DNA of 64,000 bases from Tubiluchus corallicola (Eukaryota > Animalia > Priapulida): contig JAQGDQ010000808.1 in the NCBI GenBank assembly GCA_030141605.1, positions 29,359 to 93,358 on the forward strand, written 5' to 3'. The translations under genes were made by a program, and so were the position numbers. Positions 1 to 16,417 of this stretch are shown here, piece after piece (within the stretch, counting starts at the first letter, position 1; each line of letters opens with the position of its first letter). The notes beneath the pieces were generated by a model. The model saw only the letters and a list, made by a program, of their open reading frames with translations, was not told the origin of the DNA and searched no databases.

Positions 1-100
1 TAGGTGATTTTTTTTCTTCTGAGTGTAAAGTCCCATTAACCCCCAGAATTGGTGCCATTAACCCCCTGGGGGTTAATTAACCCCCGGTTGAGAAACCCGG
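1..100. mobile_element. Right end of a hAT/Charlie-like non-autonomous DNA transposon (truncated by window edge)
   Basis: Subterminal ATTAACCCCC repeats, then GGTTGAGAAACCCGG (resembles the Charlie-type terminus GGTTGAGAAACACTG), followed by CTTTACAC, which resembles a Charlie-type 8-bp target site. The left end is not in the window. Confidence 0.4.
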
Positions 101-941
101 CTTTACACCATATTTCTGTTTCATTTCTTTTTTTCTCACTCTCTTCTCCTCACAAGCGCCAAACATTTTTCTACTAGACTTAATCTTGTCTATTTTGATG
201 TGACTCACAGAAAATGTGCATACAGTTTATACCTACAGGCTGGATGAGAGTGAAAATTTTGTATGCAGGAGCATTTTAAACAGTGATGTACTTCTGAGAT
301 TAGACGTCATTAGCGTGGTTTGGTATATCGTATGTTCTTTGTATTATTGTCGTAAGCCACAATTTATTGAATTTTTAGTATTATCAGTAAAACTCACAGA
401 CTTGCTAATTGTAGGTCTCGGCTGCTATGTAAGTTAATGTTATAGAGCTAATTTAAGAGCAGAGTTGCAGTGGCTAATTGTTATTCTGACTAATTCACTA
501 TTACGCAAAGGGATCAGTAGCAATGACAAGCTACAGCAAAACAGACTTCCCTGAAAAACTACCACTTTTAAGGACCAATGAAAAGAGGCCCTTTCTTGCG
601 AAAAAAGAGAAAATGTGGCAAAAAATTCAAAACCGTTTCAAGATTCCTAACCTTTAGTAGCGATGATTAATGTTTGTGATTACGACACGTAAAAAGAGCC
701 TTTAAAAGAGCACTGGATGCATATATCTTGCTTGCAAGTGCCTAGATGATTCAGTGAATGAAGCTTGTATCCCATGTTAGGGTTTCATTACAAAGACTCA
801 TGGCTGGATTCCTATATTTTCACATCTTTACTATAGGGGTAAGTTAGTCTCAAAACACAAAAGTTGTGGCAGATTAAGCAAAATAAACGTATAAATTCAG
901 CAAATCTACAGCTTTACAGCTTTAGAACATTTCTATTGCAG

Positions 942-5050
<4,109 letters not shown>

Positions 5051-6875
5051 AAGAAAGTTTTTATTTTTCTTTCCTGCTGACATGTAGGAATATAATTCTT
5101 GTTAAAGAGAAGTTGAAGATGATATTTTTCTGCCTTACTGCTTTTGCCGTGTATTACGTTACGTTATAACGCAAGATAATTTAGAAATTAGTTTTGCTTT
5201 CAGTTAAGGATAGATACGAAAATTAGGCACAATTTTTCCCGCAGATCTGCATTAACTTCCTAAATGCTCTTACCTTTTAATTAGTTAGATACTTTTATTT
5301 TTTTAAATAGATCCGTAGTTATAAAATCTCGTTGATACGATGCAATCAGCATAAGGAATGTAATATTTTAGTGGCACATGAACGCGTAGAAAGCGTTGCA
5401 ATTAACTGTGATACGAAACATAATTTTTGCTATGAATGTGAGATAAAGGTTGTTGTCGCTTTTGTTTCAGTTATTACAGGTTATATTCAACTCACATTTA
5501 TAAATATGCCACAGCAATGTAATAATATTAGCAGTCGTAGTTTACATAATATTTACATACATGTATAAATACCTTACTAACCGCCAAATGATATATAGGG
5601 AGTAGTCTGAAGTAATAAGAAACTGAAGTTCTAGAAAAGTAACATCATTTTTATGTACAAGAGACAATGCACAATTATTGTACAAAGCTGCGCTGAAAAA
5701 GCACTGAAAAAAGAAATGTATCCAACTTTCCAACTAAATATTTGGTCAATATTACAAAACGTCTTCAGGATGTTATAAAGACTGTCTAACTTTTAATCAA
5801 TCACTGTGACCTACCTGCCAGGTACTGTCCTGCAGCATTTCAGCGTTGCAGTATTTCATAATTGTTTCTGCTCTACACTGTTTAAGCCATTCCATGGCTT
5901 TTCAGCTTGACTGCAGGCAAAAAAGTTTGTTAGTTTGCACACAAGTGTTAAACTATGTTGGCTTGTTTAGAAATTAGAACAGTTGCGTAAGCCGCATGTT
6001 AATTTTATGATACACATTATACTACTTTGAAATGAGTATAAAAATTAAGAATATTTTACGTTAATATTATAATAGTGTATGATTGTGATATAGTTTAAAT
6101 AAATAGTACATCGCTACATTTTTAAGCAGTTCGTAAGAATATTATACTATCCTTTTGAATTTACTTTAGGGTGACTTTTTCATGCTATCTTACTTAAAAA
6201 AATTGAATAAGTAGTATTGTAATACAAGCCTAAAGCAGGCTACTGTCATTATTTTATCCTTGTAGAATTTGACTCATTTTGCTTTAAAAAGTAATTTTCG
6301 CTCACTAATGTTAACGGTTTTTGCCAGATACGTAATCTATCTGAGTTTTGATAATTCTTCTAATAAAAGTACATATATTTAGCAAACGAGAAAATTGCTG
6401 TACATATTTCACTAGCTATCAAAAAGTTTGGTTCCGTATTACATAGGAATTTTCTGCGTTCACTAGTTGTTTATAGAACAATCACTTGTAAGTGAATTAT
6501 TTAACTATAAGTAAATGAAAGCTGAGGGCCAAGTGTCAAACCATGAAGTACACGTGCAATTGGGTATAGCATAAATCTTTTGTAATTAGAAATTTTAAAT
6601 ATAGGCAAGAGAAAGTGAAGGACAAATTACTAAATATTAGGCATCACAGAGGCATTTGTGAAACTGGCTGTCTTGTTTAAAAACACTGTTACAGAAAAAT
6701 GTTGTTTGAAATATTCGCTACAGAACAGCCAGTCAATAATGTGCAGCTGCATGCACAAACACAAACACACACACCATATTGTTATCCTTTTATTAGTCAC
6801 TTTTTTTAATTTCCTCGGCACGGAAGTATCAATACAAACACGTGTTTATAGTCTGCACACATCATACTCTAACCA

Positions 6876-7158
6876 TGTTTACTACTGTAGGTGTTAGAAC
6901 GTATTAAATATGTGTGTAGATTTACGTACCACATGAGTACCTGTAAAAACAAATTATACTAAATGACTTGTTTACTACTGTAGGTGTTAGAACGTATTAA
7001 ATTTGTGTGTAGATTTACGTACCACATGAGTACCTGTAAAAACAAATTATACTAAATGACTTGTTTACTACTGTAGGTGTTAGAACGTATTAAATTTGCG
7101 TGTAGATTTACGTACCACGTGAGCACCTGTAAAAACAAATTATACTGAATGACTTGTT
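6876..7158. repeat. Tandem repeat, 3 x 93 bp
   Basis: Unit TGTTTACTACTGTAGGTGTTAGAACG...AAATGACT starts at 6876, 6969 and 7062; copies are near-identical. Confidence 0.95.
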
Positions 7159-7864
7159 ATAGGCGTTGCGGTTGCATCATGAACTATAAAAACAAAAGAA
7201 AATTGTTAAAACTGGTAAAAAATAGGTTTGATTTTTTGGAAGCCATGAATAATGTAATGAATAATGAGTTTTCAAGCAATTGTTGATTGTTGCTGTTCGT
7301 GTTATGTTGTTATAATAAACTTTTCACTTCATTTGATAATACACAAACATGTCCGTCATATTAGAGAATTTTTCCAAGGTAAGGTGATTTGTTTATCTTC
7401 TGGGGACGCGCGCATTGTAAGCAGTTGTGGTGTAGTAGCAATACTAATTATAGCAAGAGCTTTTCAATTACATTAGTGAGTTGGTTTTGGTCATTTGCAG
7501 ACCATTAAACAAACAATAAAATTATTCTAAGAAACCATGGTTTGCTTATGACCAAACTATTGCTTTATTAACGGCAATTTTACACTTCGTTAGTAAACTA
7601 CATCAAAAAGATCCTTGGAACAAAATCATAGCATGTTGTATGCTTAGCACAGAAATATTTATTAACGAAGAATGTTTATGAGAATTCTTTAACACAGATA
7701 TTAGGCCTAAGTTATTATTTTACAAAAACAACAAGTACATGTACAATGCCTTTACAGAGTTTGATATGAAAAACGATTTCCTCGCAGTATCTTTAGCTTA
7801 CATTTCATATTATTTTAGTGGGCCTAGTTAGAATGTAACTACGTAATTTATAATATTTTTTGAA

Positions 7865-10800
7865 TTAATATCCATGTTTTTGAAGTTGATATGGTTCAGA
7901 AAGGGGAGCTGCTACAACCCATCTGTAATATAACATTAACATTAAGGCAGTAAGTATTTCTACCCCTATAATACAGTACCCCAGTATTAAACTTACGAAT
8001 GAAATAGTATAGGCACTTTGGGAGCAAAAGTTGTTAGGTTCTTCGATAGTTGGGATAAAGTGGACTGGTTTTTGCATTTCAAATAGCCAGACATTACCCA
8101 CAATCCACCAGATTAATATAAACAATGTTATAAGACTTTCCGATGCCTGAGTTGAACGACCTATTATGCCCGGTGAGTCTCCAAAATCGTCGAATTTCTC
8201 ATAGCCTGATGTCTTGCGTAGTTTCCACAACAGAGTCACACATTTCAAAAGTCCAGCAGCGCCACCTACCAACAAATATACTGGAATCTTTGGCTGAATT
8301 GGGCATTCTTGTAAGTTCTTGCCACCTACAGAGGAAGACAAAAATAATTTTAAGTAAACGAGTTGTCAAATCAAGAGAACTCATGTATCATATCCATCAT
8401 ACCGAGTTCTTACACTCTTCACTTAGGGCCGTGCGATATGGGGTTTTCAAGCTGGAATGCTTACACTCACCCCCCTAAAGGCAAGATGGATTTTTGTAAC
8501 CAAAACTCTTGCATTTTCCTATAAGGTCTGCCATGTGTGTTTCCAAGCTGAAGTAGTTACATTCTCCCCCTAAAGGTCTGCGAGATAGGTTTATCTGGGA
8601 AAAGTGTAAATGCTCCAGTTTGAAAAACCTATTTCGCAGACCTTTTGGGGGAGAATGTAACTACTCCATCTTGGAAACACACCTCGCAGGATTGTATGTC
8701 GTTTTGCCAGTGTACAGTTCACTTGTATAGACTGGCGAAAAGATAACTGGCGAAGTGTGTGATTACCTTACCATAGGGTTTGCGAGATGGGTTTTCAAAC
8801 TGGGGACGAGACGAAAAATCGTCGGAAAAATACAACTATAGTTTTAAAAAAATAATCAATATAGGTAATTTTGAATTTATTCTGCGCTGTATCATGCATT
8901 CATATGAATACTGTTAAAATCAGTACTGTTCAGCAATAACAGCTACAAAATAGGAAAAAGAAGTAAGTAAAAATAGAAGCGCCTGGTCAACAATAACATT
9001 TGAGATGTTTTGTTCATAGAGACTACTGTAACGGATAACTTGAGACTAGCTACTGATTAAATGTAAAATCACAAGCAAAAATCATCAATTGTCATTGCAA
9101 AGTATATGATGTGAAATGTGAATACGGCGTAGAAGACTTTATTTTCTTAATAACTGTTTAGTAATAGAATAATATTTTCCTATAGTAGGAAGCAGAGAGG
9201 AGGTATTAGCAGGTATTATAGTGGATACTAGCCACCTCCCCAAACAAACAAGCTTTTCACACCTCATAAGCGTCTGCTTCAATTCAATTCAACTATTTAT
9301 TTATTTCGGAAACTAAAACCCATAAAACACAGATACATAAATAAAAGGATAAAAAGAAATACTGCTAAAAACTAACTTAAAAACTTATTTACAATATCTT
9401 ATATTCGTACGATTATGCACTTACAAATAAGCTTCCCGCATAGCTAAGCGTAGCTTGTTTAACATCAGCTCCGCCCACAAAGAAATGCTATTCACATGAA
9501 ATTCAAGTTACACAAGTCATATATATAATATAGGATGGAAGATGCTTGTATCCATACTCATACCCATACTCACATATTCGTACTGGCTTCAAAACAATTC
9601 ACTTGTTTCCGTTGTGGGCAGGTTACAAATTACTAAAGGCCTCTCCAGCATATGCTAATAATACCTGTAAAATCTTTGAGATACAGTAACACCTTTGAAA
9701 TAAAAGAAAAGAAAGTTGATGAAGTTTTGTCTTACCTACTCCTAGCATTATGAGAGGAAAGACTGTGAGGCATATTAACAACCCCTTCACAAAATCTGGA
9801 AAAAAGAAAAATTACACGACGTCATAATTAATGAAAAGCATAATGGAGTCTTAGCGTGATGTCTTCGCATTAACACGTTATTTATTACAAATTTATACCA
9901 AACTATTATTTCACCAATATGAAAACTCGTTATAAAAATTCTCGCAGGTATTATTAAAGCAATATATACCTTAAAATGCTTTTATAACAACTAAATGGAC
10001 ACAGAAATTACTCTCACTTAAGTGAGGAATAGGCCTGTTTGGTTTATTGTATACCAGTTGAAAATGCGAATTGCAAGTATGTATGTATATATATATATAT
10101 ATATAAATTTCTGTGAAATGCAAAGTACCAACAAAAACAGCATCAACAAATGTGGTGATGACAACGACAATAGCAATAAAACTTCAACTTCTGAACATAT
10201 CAGGAAATTGCACAGATAATAATGTTTGATAAATTATATGGCTCAGGAAAAAATGTCACAGAAAAAAGTGCAAACAGAAATAAGAAAATCGCATATTTAA
10301 TGAAATATGAGTTTATTTGGAACTTCTTTTTGCAGAGTTCTACTTGTCCTCCATATAGGAAGAAATGTGTTAGGGTAGACATTAGCGTTAGGTGCCATTT
10401 TCTCATATTTTTTATTACCTACCCTTTTTCCTTGTGTGTGCCATGTTTATGGTATCATTGCTACCTGTGCGATTTTACCTGTTCCATTTTACCTATATTC
10501 GTTCGAAAATCAATATGGCCTAATTAAAAATTGACTTGCTGAGCTGGCACGTTACCAAGTTTTGGCTTCCAACATTTCGGCAGGTGTAATAATGACTGGG
10601 TTGTGTTATTTTACATAGAAGTATTTATTTATTTTATTGAAAATGGTAATCCGATTTTAACTAATAATCTTTGCTTGCTATAGTTTAAATGTACTATAAA
10701 TGTAAGTGTAAACATTTAATACCATGTTAAACTAACTTGTTCACTTTTTTAGCTGTAAGCTCAATCTTACCGCCATTAAAGTTTTTGTTCGTAATTAATC

Positions 10801-13800
10801 ACCTATTTCACTTGAATTCTTATCAAACTAGTTTTTGTAGGTTTGGAGTATAAAACTCTTTGAGGGAGTTTCACTGGGAAACCGTCATCATATAGGGTAA
10901 GATATATACCATCTTTAACACTATCTGTGCACAGTAATCTGCATATAAGTAAAACTATAGCGTAAAACGCATTTTTACAGTTGAAAGAGATGTTTACGAT
11001 GTACTAACTTACAATGTGACGTTAAGCTAACTTGTTACTGCATTGTTCTAAGGCACCACGTCATGCTGCTTTTCATTTTTCTGTTTTTCGTTTTATTGTA
11101 GAGTTTTATTTAAAGAAATTAAATTCATCATTCCTTTCTACCTACACTAACCGAATTTCGAGGCTTTGCCTTTAGGTAAAATGATCGCTCTAAAAATAAA
11201 AACTACAAAATCGAAAGAGTTCTCGAGAATTGGAATTATTTTTGACATTGCCTGCTACCAAGTTCTTATAGAAAGCCACAGTACTAAGTGTATTACTCCA
11301 GACAACAAAATAAGATTGTCCTATTAAGTCCGGAGAAGAGGCTGCTTTTCTAATGCTGATTAGCCAGGAAATGAATTCTTTACTGTTTCTATGAAGCTTA
11401 TCAGCCAGCTGGCTTCAGCAAGAGCTTAATATTTAACTAGACTTAACAAATCTCATTCACACAAAGCGGATGAGCTTAGTTAATTACATGAAGCACCCCC
11501 AAGTGTTAATTATCTCATTTATAAAGAGAAAAACTCATCTTAAATCCAGAAATGCCATTCTGATTTAGTTAATCGGCTTTGTACAAGAATCTTTCATCAG
11601 TGCAAGCAGTCACTGGAAGCCAGTGGTGGCAGGCCTATTCAAGGAAACCACCATCAGCTACAGCTCTTCAATGCGCGTACATGATTAGTTGCTCCTGCGA
11701 GTTATCAAACCTAATTGTTGTGTAGTCTAGATGTTTATAAATGCGACTTACAAGTTTCGCTGATGATCTGAATGGCTCTGAAGAGGAAATCGCACAGACC
11801 TTCGGCTTCCTCGGCGGCTTCGCTTAGAAGATACACCCTGGAACTGTACTGCGCTGTGGAGTCTTGGCTTTCCAAATACTGTGTGCTACGCAGGTTCTGT
11901 ATGTCCTGTCTATCATTGCGCTGAAAAAATATTACATAGATATAAAGGGCATTCCAGGATAGTTGGTTTGACAAAAACAGTCACGCAAAAAAGAATCATG
12001 AATTTAATAAGGACAATAATACAATTACGTTGGCACGTGACTGATTATTATACTTGCCACGCATCCAACAAGCACATAAACCGCGAAAGTAGCCCGGCGA
12101 CCGTGTTCAACCCGACTATGTATGGTTGAGCGTGGTGGGCTTGTGTCGATACCTGTAGATTACTATCCAGAAGTGTGTCTACCCAGTGTGCACGGAGCCC
12201 GTGACTAATATTTATCACTTGATTGTACCGGTCCAATGCGGTTTACACATGTTTGATTGAGCAGTTTGTCACAATTTTCACAGTTCGACTCTTATCTCAC
12301 GTTCAACTACTACCTGGGGCACTTAAATAACTCCATTTCGAGCATGACAGTGTTTGTCGCTTGACTATGTTTGGTCCAACGCGGTTTACTCTTGCGCAAT
12401 TAGATACTTAACAAGCCTCAAAAAGTCGATGCCCACTCTGCCTAACATTAAGTTAACAAGCCTCAAAAAGTCGATGCCTACTCTGCCTAACATTAAGTTA
12501 ACAAGCCTCAAAAAGTCGATGTCCACTCTGCCTAACATTGAGTTCTCTTGGAAATCGCGCGGCCCAAAGCATGGCCAAGATTTCGGTAAACCACCAGAAA
12601 ATGTGTGAAAATTGGCCAACACGTAAGAGCATGTCTGAGTACTATTTGCCTATGGTTTTAGAGTTATTTAGAGACAGGAGTGATGTACATTTTGGCTCCC
12701 ATATCCCTTAAAAATCCCAGCTTTTCTAAAACTCCGCGTAGACATCTACCTCATATACCTAAATACCTACGAAAACAATTTCAATTTAATTTAAAATAAT
12801 AGGAGGAATTAAATGGCAGTAAAAAAACTGACCCTACTCTGATCCTTTTCACCGCTAAATAGAACAGAAATAGTAGGTTGTCAAAGCGCCAAAGCTTGCT
12901 CTATTGCAGTCTGTAACTTAGTCGCTGCATACGGGCAGTTACGTAAATGCTAACAACTAAATGTAATTGTACCATTTTCATCTTAATCATGATTAAATAT
13001 TTAACCACTGAGTTTGTTTGTTTTGTTCTTTGTTTTATAGCTTTATGTTTGACAAATCAAAGAACTGCACTCAGCAGACAATTTTTTCTCTTTTGTTCCG
13101 CAAACATACGACATTTTTGTAATCGCGAAGACATTTACCTTTAGATTTTTTCCACCCAATTTGCATTCCAACTAAATAAAAATAATCTTATTTTCGTTAA
13201 AAAGTCCGGAGTGCGTCTGTCGACAAAATGTGGTTAAACAAGCCGGGCTATAACTCACTTAGTGTTTATGTTGAACGGCAAAAGTTAGTAGACACGAATC
13301 TGCAGTGTGTCAGCCTCTTAAGACAGAGCTTACCACTAAGCAGAAATTTTTAAACTAAATTCTACATCAATAAACCCTGAAACTTTAACGACGAAACTTA
13401 ATCTGAAACAACGAAATGGCCAATACGTCTTCCCACAATGTTGTAATGACGGTAATTTTCTGATAATCTACATCTAAACGACTGATTTGTCACTCTAACG
13501 ACTCCTCTAGCTAATCTGATGACGCAGTCAGTGCAGCTGTAAATTGTACAGAAAATGAAGAGGTACAGAATTAGTGCAATCTAACTGCAACATGTATTAT
13601 TACTTAATTTTGTCATGTCAACAATAAATGACGGTGTTAAATTACTGATGATATTAAATTCGCCTTGTTTTATTCCACTCGCCAATTGTTTTCCAAAAAA
13701 TAACTGAAATTTTACCATCATCACTACCACCACCATTGCCATTTAAAGCTATTGGGCTGAAAAAGGTTTCTTATTTATTTTTTTTCATACTAAAGGTATA

Positions 13801-16417
13801 GTAATGCGGCTAGAAAAATAAGAATTTAATGTTGTTGTCGGGTCTACATGTTGCTTCTAGCTGTGAAAACTAAAACGATGAACGAGGATTACAACATTAT
13901 GAGAAAAGATAATTGTTGCACGTAATATATTGGGACAAATGTCGAGTATGTCAGACGTCACATTCGACTTAGCAGACAATGTCTAAAATTTATTTGTAAA
14001 TAAATAACTTTTTTTTCATGTTACGTTACATTTTGCATAACTCACTACTGTGCACAGAATAGTGGGAAAAACTGATACACGTTCTGTATCACATAATAAG
14101 ACAAATTCCCTCCACAAGCTCCTATAGATCTATTCTGAAAAATAACTATATTTCTGACAGCACCATGTTTAAACTATGCCATTATTTTATGAGACTTGTT
14201 TATCTATCAAACTTAGACGCTCTGCTGCGTAAATTTATTCGATTTTTCCTGGTTTACCTAATTTTCGTATCTTTCCTATTGGCACTTCAAAGAATTTAGA
14301 CAAATGACCACTGATGATTTAATTAAAGATAATGCAAGAACATTAATGTACACAACTCACTATAAATCTCTGTCAGTTTTGTCGTTAATTCTGTTAATCT
14401 TAATCAAAACCGTTACAGTATAAAATTTAATAAGTATCAAGTTGTCCGGGGTAGACTAATGTTGCGAAAGATTTTATTTCCTTTGTTCACTCAACAAATA
14501 AAACGAAATTTTTCGCGACATTAGTCTTACACCGGACAACTTGATACTTATTAAATATGTGTCAAAGTGCCTGCTAATATTAAGTCAATTTCTTTGGTAT
14601 CAAGGTTCAAAAAAAGTTTGAAAATTTGAAAATTTCCTTTTTAGATTCTTATGAAACGTTGGGCATGTATAGTACCTGTCGTCCGCACAATTCTATAAAC
14701 AAATGTAAATGTATTTCCGATGTCTCATACAACAACCTCATTTTCATTCTCATGCACATCCCTTTACTAACCCAACTCTACTAATTTCCATCTGTCGGAC
14801 TCTCCGTTATCACTCCCATTTGTTAACAGCAGTTTTATTAATTGCAAAATTTTCATTACAGTAGCGCAAGCAATACTTCGTTACTACAATGCGAGCAGCA
14901 ATTTATGCAGATGTCATGTTATATTCATTTTAATAAAATATTACTTTAATTGTAATTATGAAACTTTACGTAGTTCAACAGTTATACCTTGTTTTGTTAT
15001 AATTTTATATTATATTGTTATTTGGTGTTGTCAGAACAGCTAAAAAGAGAATAGCAGATAGGTTATGACGTGTGCGAAGTTACGTGCGCGCGTGTGTGTG
15101 TCTCTGTGTGCGTGTGTGTGTGCATGTATGCCTAAACAGAATAAGTCGAAGAGAGAATCGGTAAGGTTTCCCAAAACGTTCCTGGACAACCGTTTTTTGG
15201 CTAACCATGTAGGGACTATTTTGTACGCGGTTATGCAAGATGCAGTAGTACCATTCTTTATTGGCTTGTTTCTTATGTAATTGTAGTATGTTCATCTACC
15301 TAATATAAATAACGTTCTCAATCGGCGGTTACAGGATGACGTTAACAATGCTAGTTTTACGTCATCATTGTATTTATAAGTTAGTAACTTGACTTATTAA
15401 CGTGCTATAATTATGAAAGACAAGCCGATGAAGAACATTTGCACAATGGCACTTATCGGAAATGGCATTCCAGTTATAATTAATACTTGATTTTTGCTAC
15501 ATCTTAGATTGAACAATTGCAAACGCGATCCTGGAAAACAGTTAGAGCGAAATCACGTCGAGCGAGGCATCGCACTGTCTTCGTTAATAATCTGTCTTCT
15601 CACTGTTAACCGTGCACAGCACTTAGTAACCACCTTAAATATACGTAAAACTATGCATAAAATTTTACGTAAAACCATAGCGTAAAATGGTAGTTGGTTA
15701 AATTAAAAATAATGCTTATTTACAATTTATAGATTTTTGAATTGTACTAAATTGCAATGTAACTTTAAACTAACTTGTAATCATTGTTCATCATGTTATA
15801 AGCGTAATATCTTCATTTGTCATAATTTTTTTATTCGTGTTTTTATTGTTTTATCTTACAGTTAGATACGAAATGTAGATCCTACAGCAACACTCAATTA
15901 AATTCGCAATTTTTTTCAAGCTACGTTAATCGAACATCGAGACTCAACCATTAGATAAAACAGTAAAATAATAAAATAAATTTCAGTCTGATCGGTTTAA
16001 GTAATAAAAAACTACAAATAAAGAGAGTTCACGGCAGGCAGCAACTCGCTCAATACTCTCTCCAAAAATTTATAAATTTCGGAATTTCTAAATGGGAAAT
16101 TCAGCTTCAGTAGAGTCAATCTCTCTCAATCGACTATCATTAAAAAAACCTTAATGAAATCATAGAAAATAGATAACGAGCCATATAAAACGCGCGCATG
16201 TTTTTTGGACAACCCTGGTAGGCATTTATCCCTACTGAACAGTTCTGAACAGTATTCCTTTTGCAACTGAACTGTATCTGCTGTTTTCAAAGCTTTTGAA
16301 CTTCTAATTTGATGTCTTTCCCACAATCTCCACAAACTGAGCGACAGTACTTACTTTCAATTGTGTGACCACATCTCGTATGGAAACCGCAGCTGCGGGC
16401 GACCCTCTTGCAAACAT
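7865..16417 (-). CDS. TMEM272-like multi-pass membrane protein, about 250 aa; exons 16417-16355, 11920-11752, 9795-9736, 8325-7865
   Basis: Phase-consistent splicing gives MFARGSPAAAVSIRDVVTQLK/RNDRQ...LSEAAEEAEGLCDFLFRAIQIISETY/FVKGLLICLTVFPLIMLGVG/GKNLQECPIQPKIPVYLLVGG...WWIVGNVWLF...NFCSQSAY.... The CPIQPxIPxYLxVxG, WxIxGNVW and NxC motifs are characteristic of TMEM272-family proteins. The first exon is less certain than the other three. Confidence 0.8.
8426..8805. repeat. Composite repeat of ~50-bp units with a ~65-bp-arm inverted repeat (8527-8690)
   Basis: The arm GTGTGTTTCCAAGCTGAAGTAGTTACATTCTCCCCCTAAAGGTCTGCGAGATAGGTTT is complemented by AAACCTATTTCGCAGACCTTTTGGGGGAGAATGTAACTACTCCATCTTGGAAACACAC. 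Related units occur near 8426 and 8775. Confidence 0.8.
9280..9480 (-). mobile_element. Possible 3' end of an L2/CR1-type LINE or SINE
   Basis: The minus strand ends in AAATAAATAAAT and a (TTGAA)n tail, preceded by an AAGCTACGCTTAGCT stem-loop-like segment. Confidence 0.35.
10740..11220. repeat. Old dispersed repeat, copy 1 (also ~15650-16030 and ~37515-38530)
   Basis: Shared blocks AAAACTATAGCGTAAAA, TGTACTAACTTACAATGT and AACCGAA(T/C)TTCGA occur in the same order in three places. Confidence 0.7.
12408..12542. repeat. Tandem repeat, 3 x 45 bp
   Basis: Unit TTAACAAGCCTCAAAAAGTCGATGCCCACTCTGCCTAACATTAAG starts at 12408, 12453 and 12498. Confidence 0.95.
14425..14556. mobile_element. Palindromic MITE-like element, ~50-bp inverted arms
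   Basis: ATTTAATAAGTATCAAGTTGTCCGGGGTAGACTAATGTTGCGAAAG ... TTTTCGCGACATTAGTCTTACACCGGACAACTTGATACTTATTAAAT; the first 25 bp are perfectly inverted. Confidence 0.7.
15650..16030. repeat. Old dispersed repeat, copy 2
   Basis: Collinear with 10940-11220 and with 37700-37785 joined to 38320-38530. Confidence 0.7.

Noticed and set aside
216-437. Additional TDO exon in the first 900 bp
   Set aside because: The translation does not match the expected upstream TDO segment (WLERTPGL...FW), so the earlier exons lie outside the window
12354-12622. ORFs with a 15-aa repeat on both strands
   Set aside because: A by-product of the 45-bp tandem repeat inside a TMEM272-like intron
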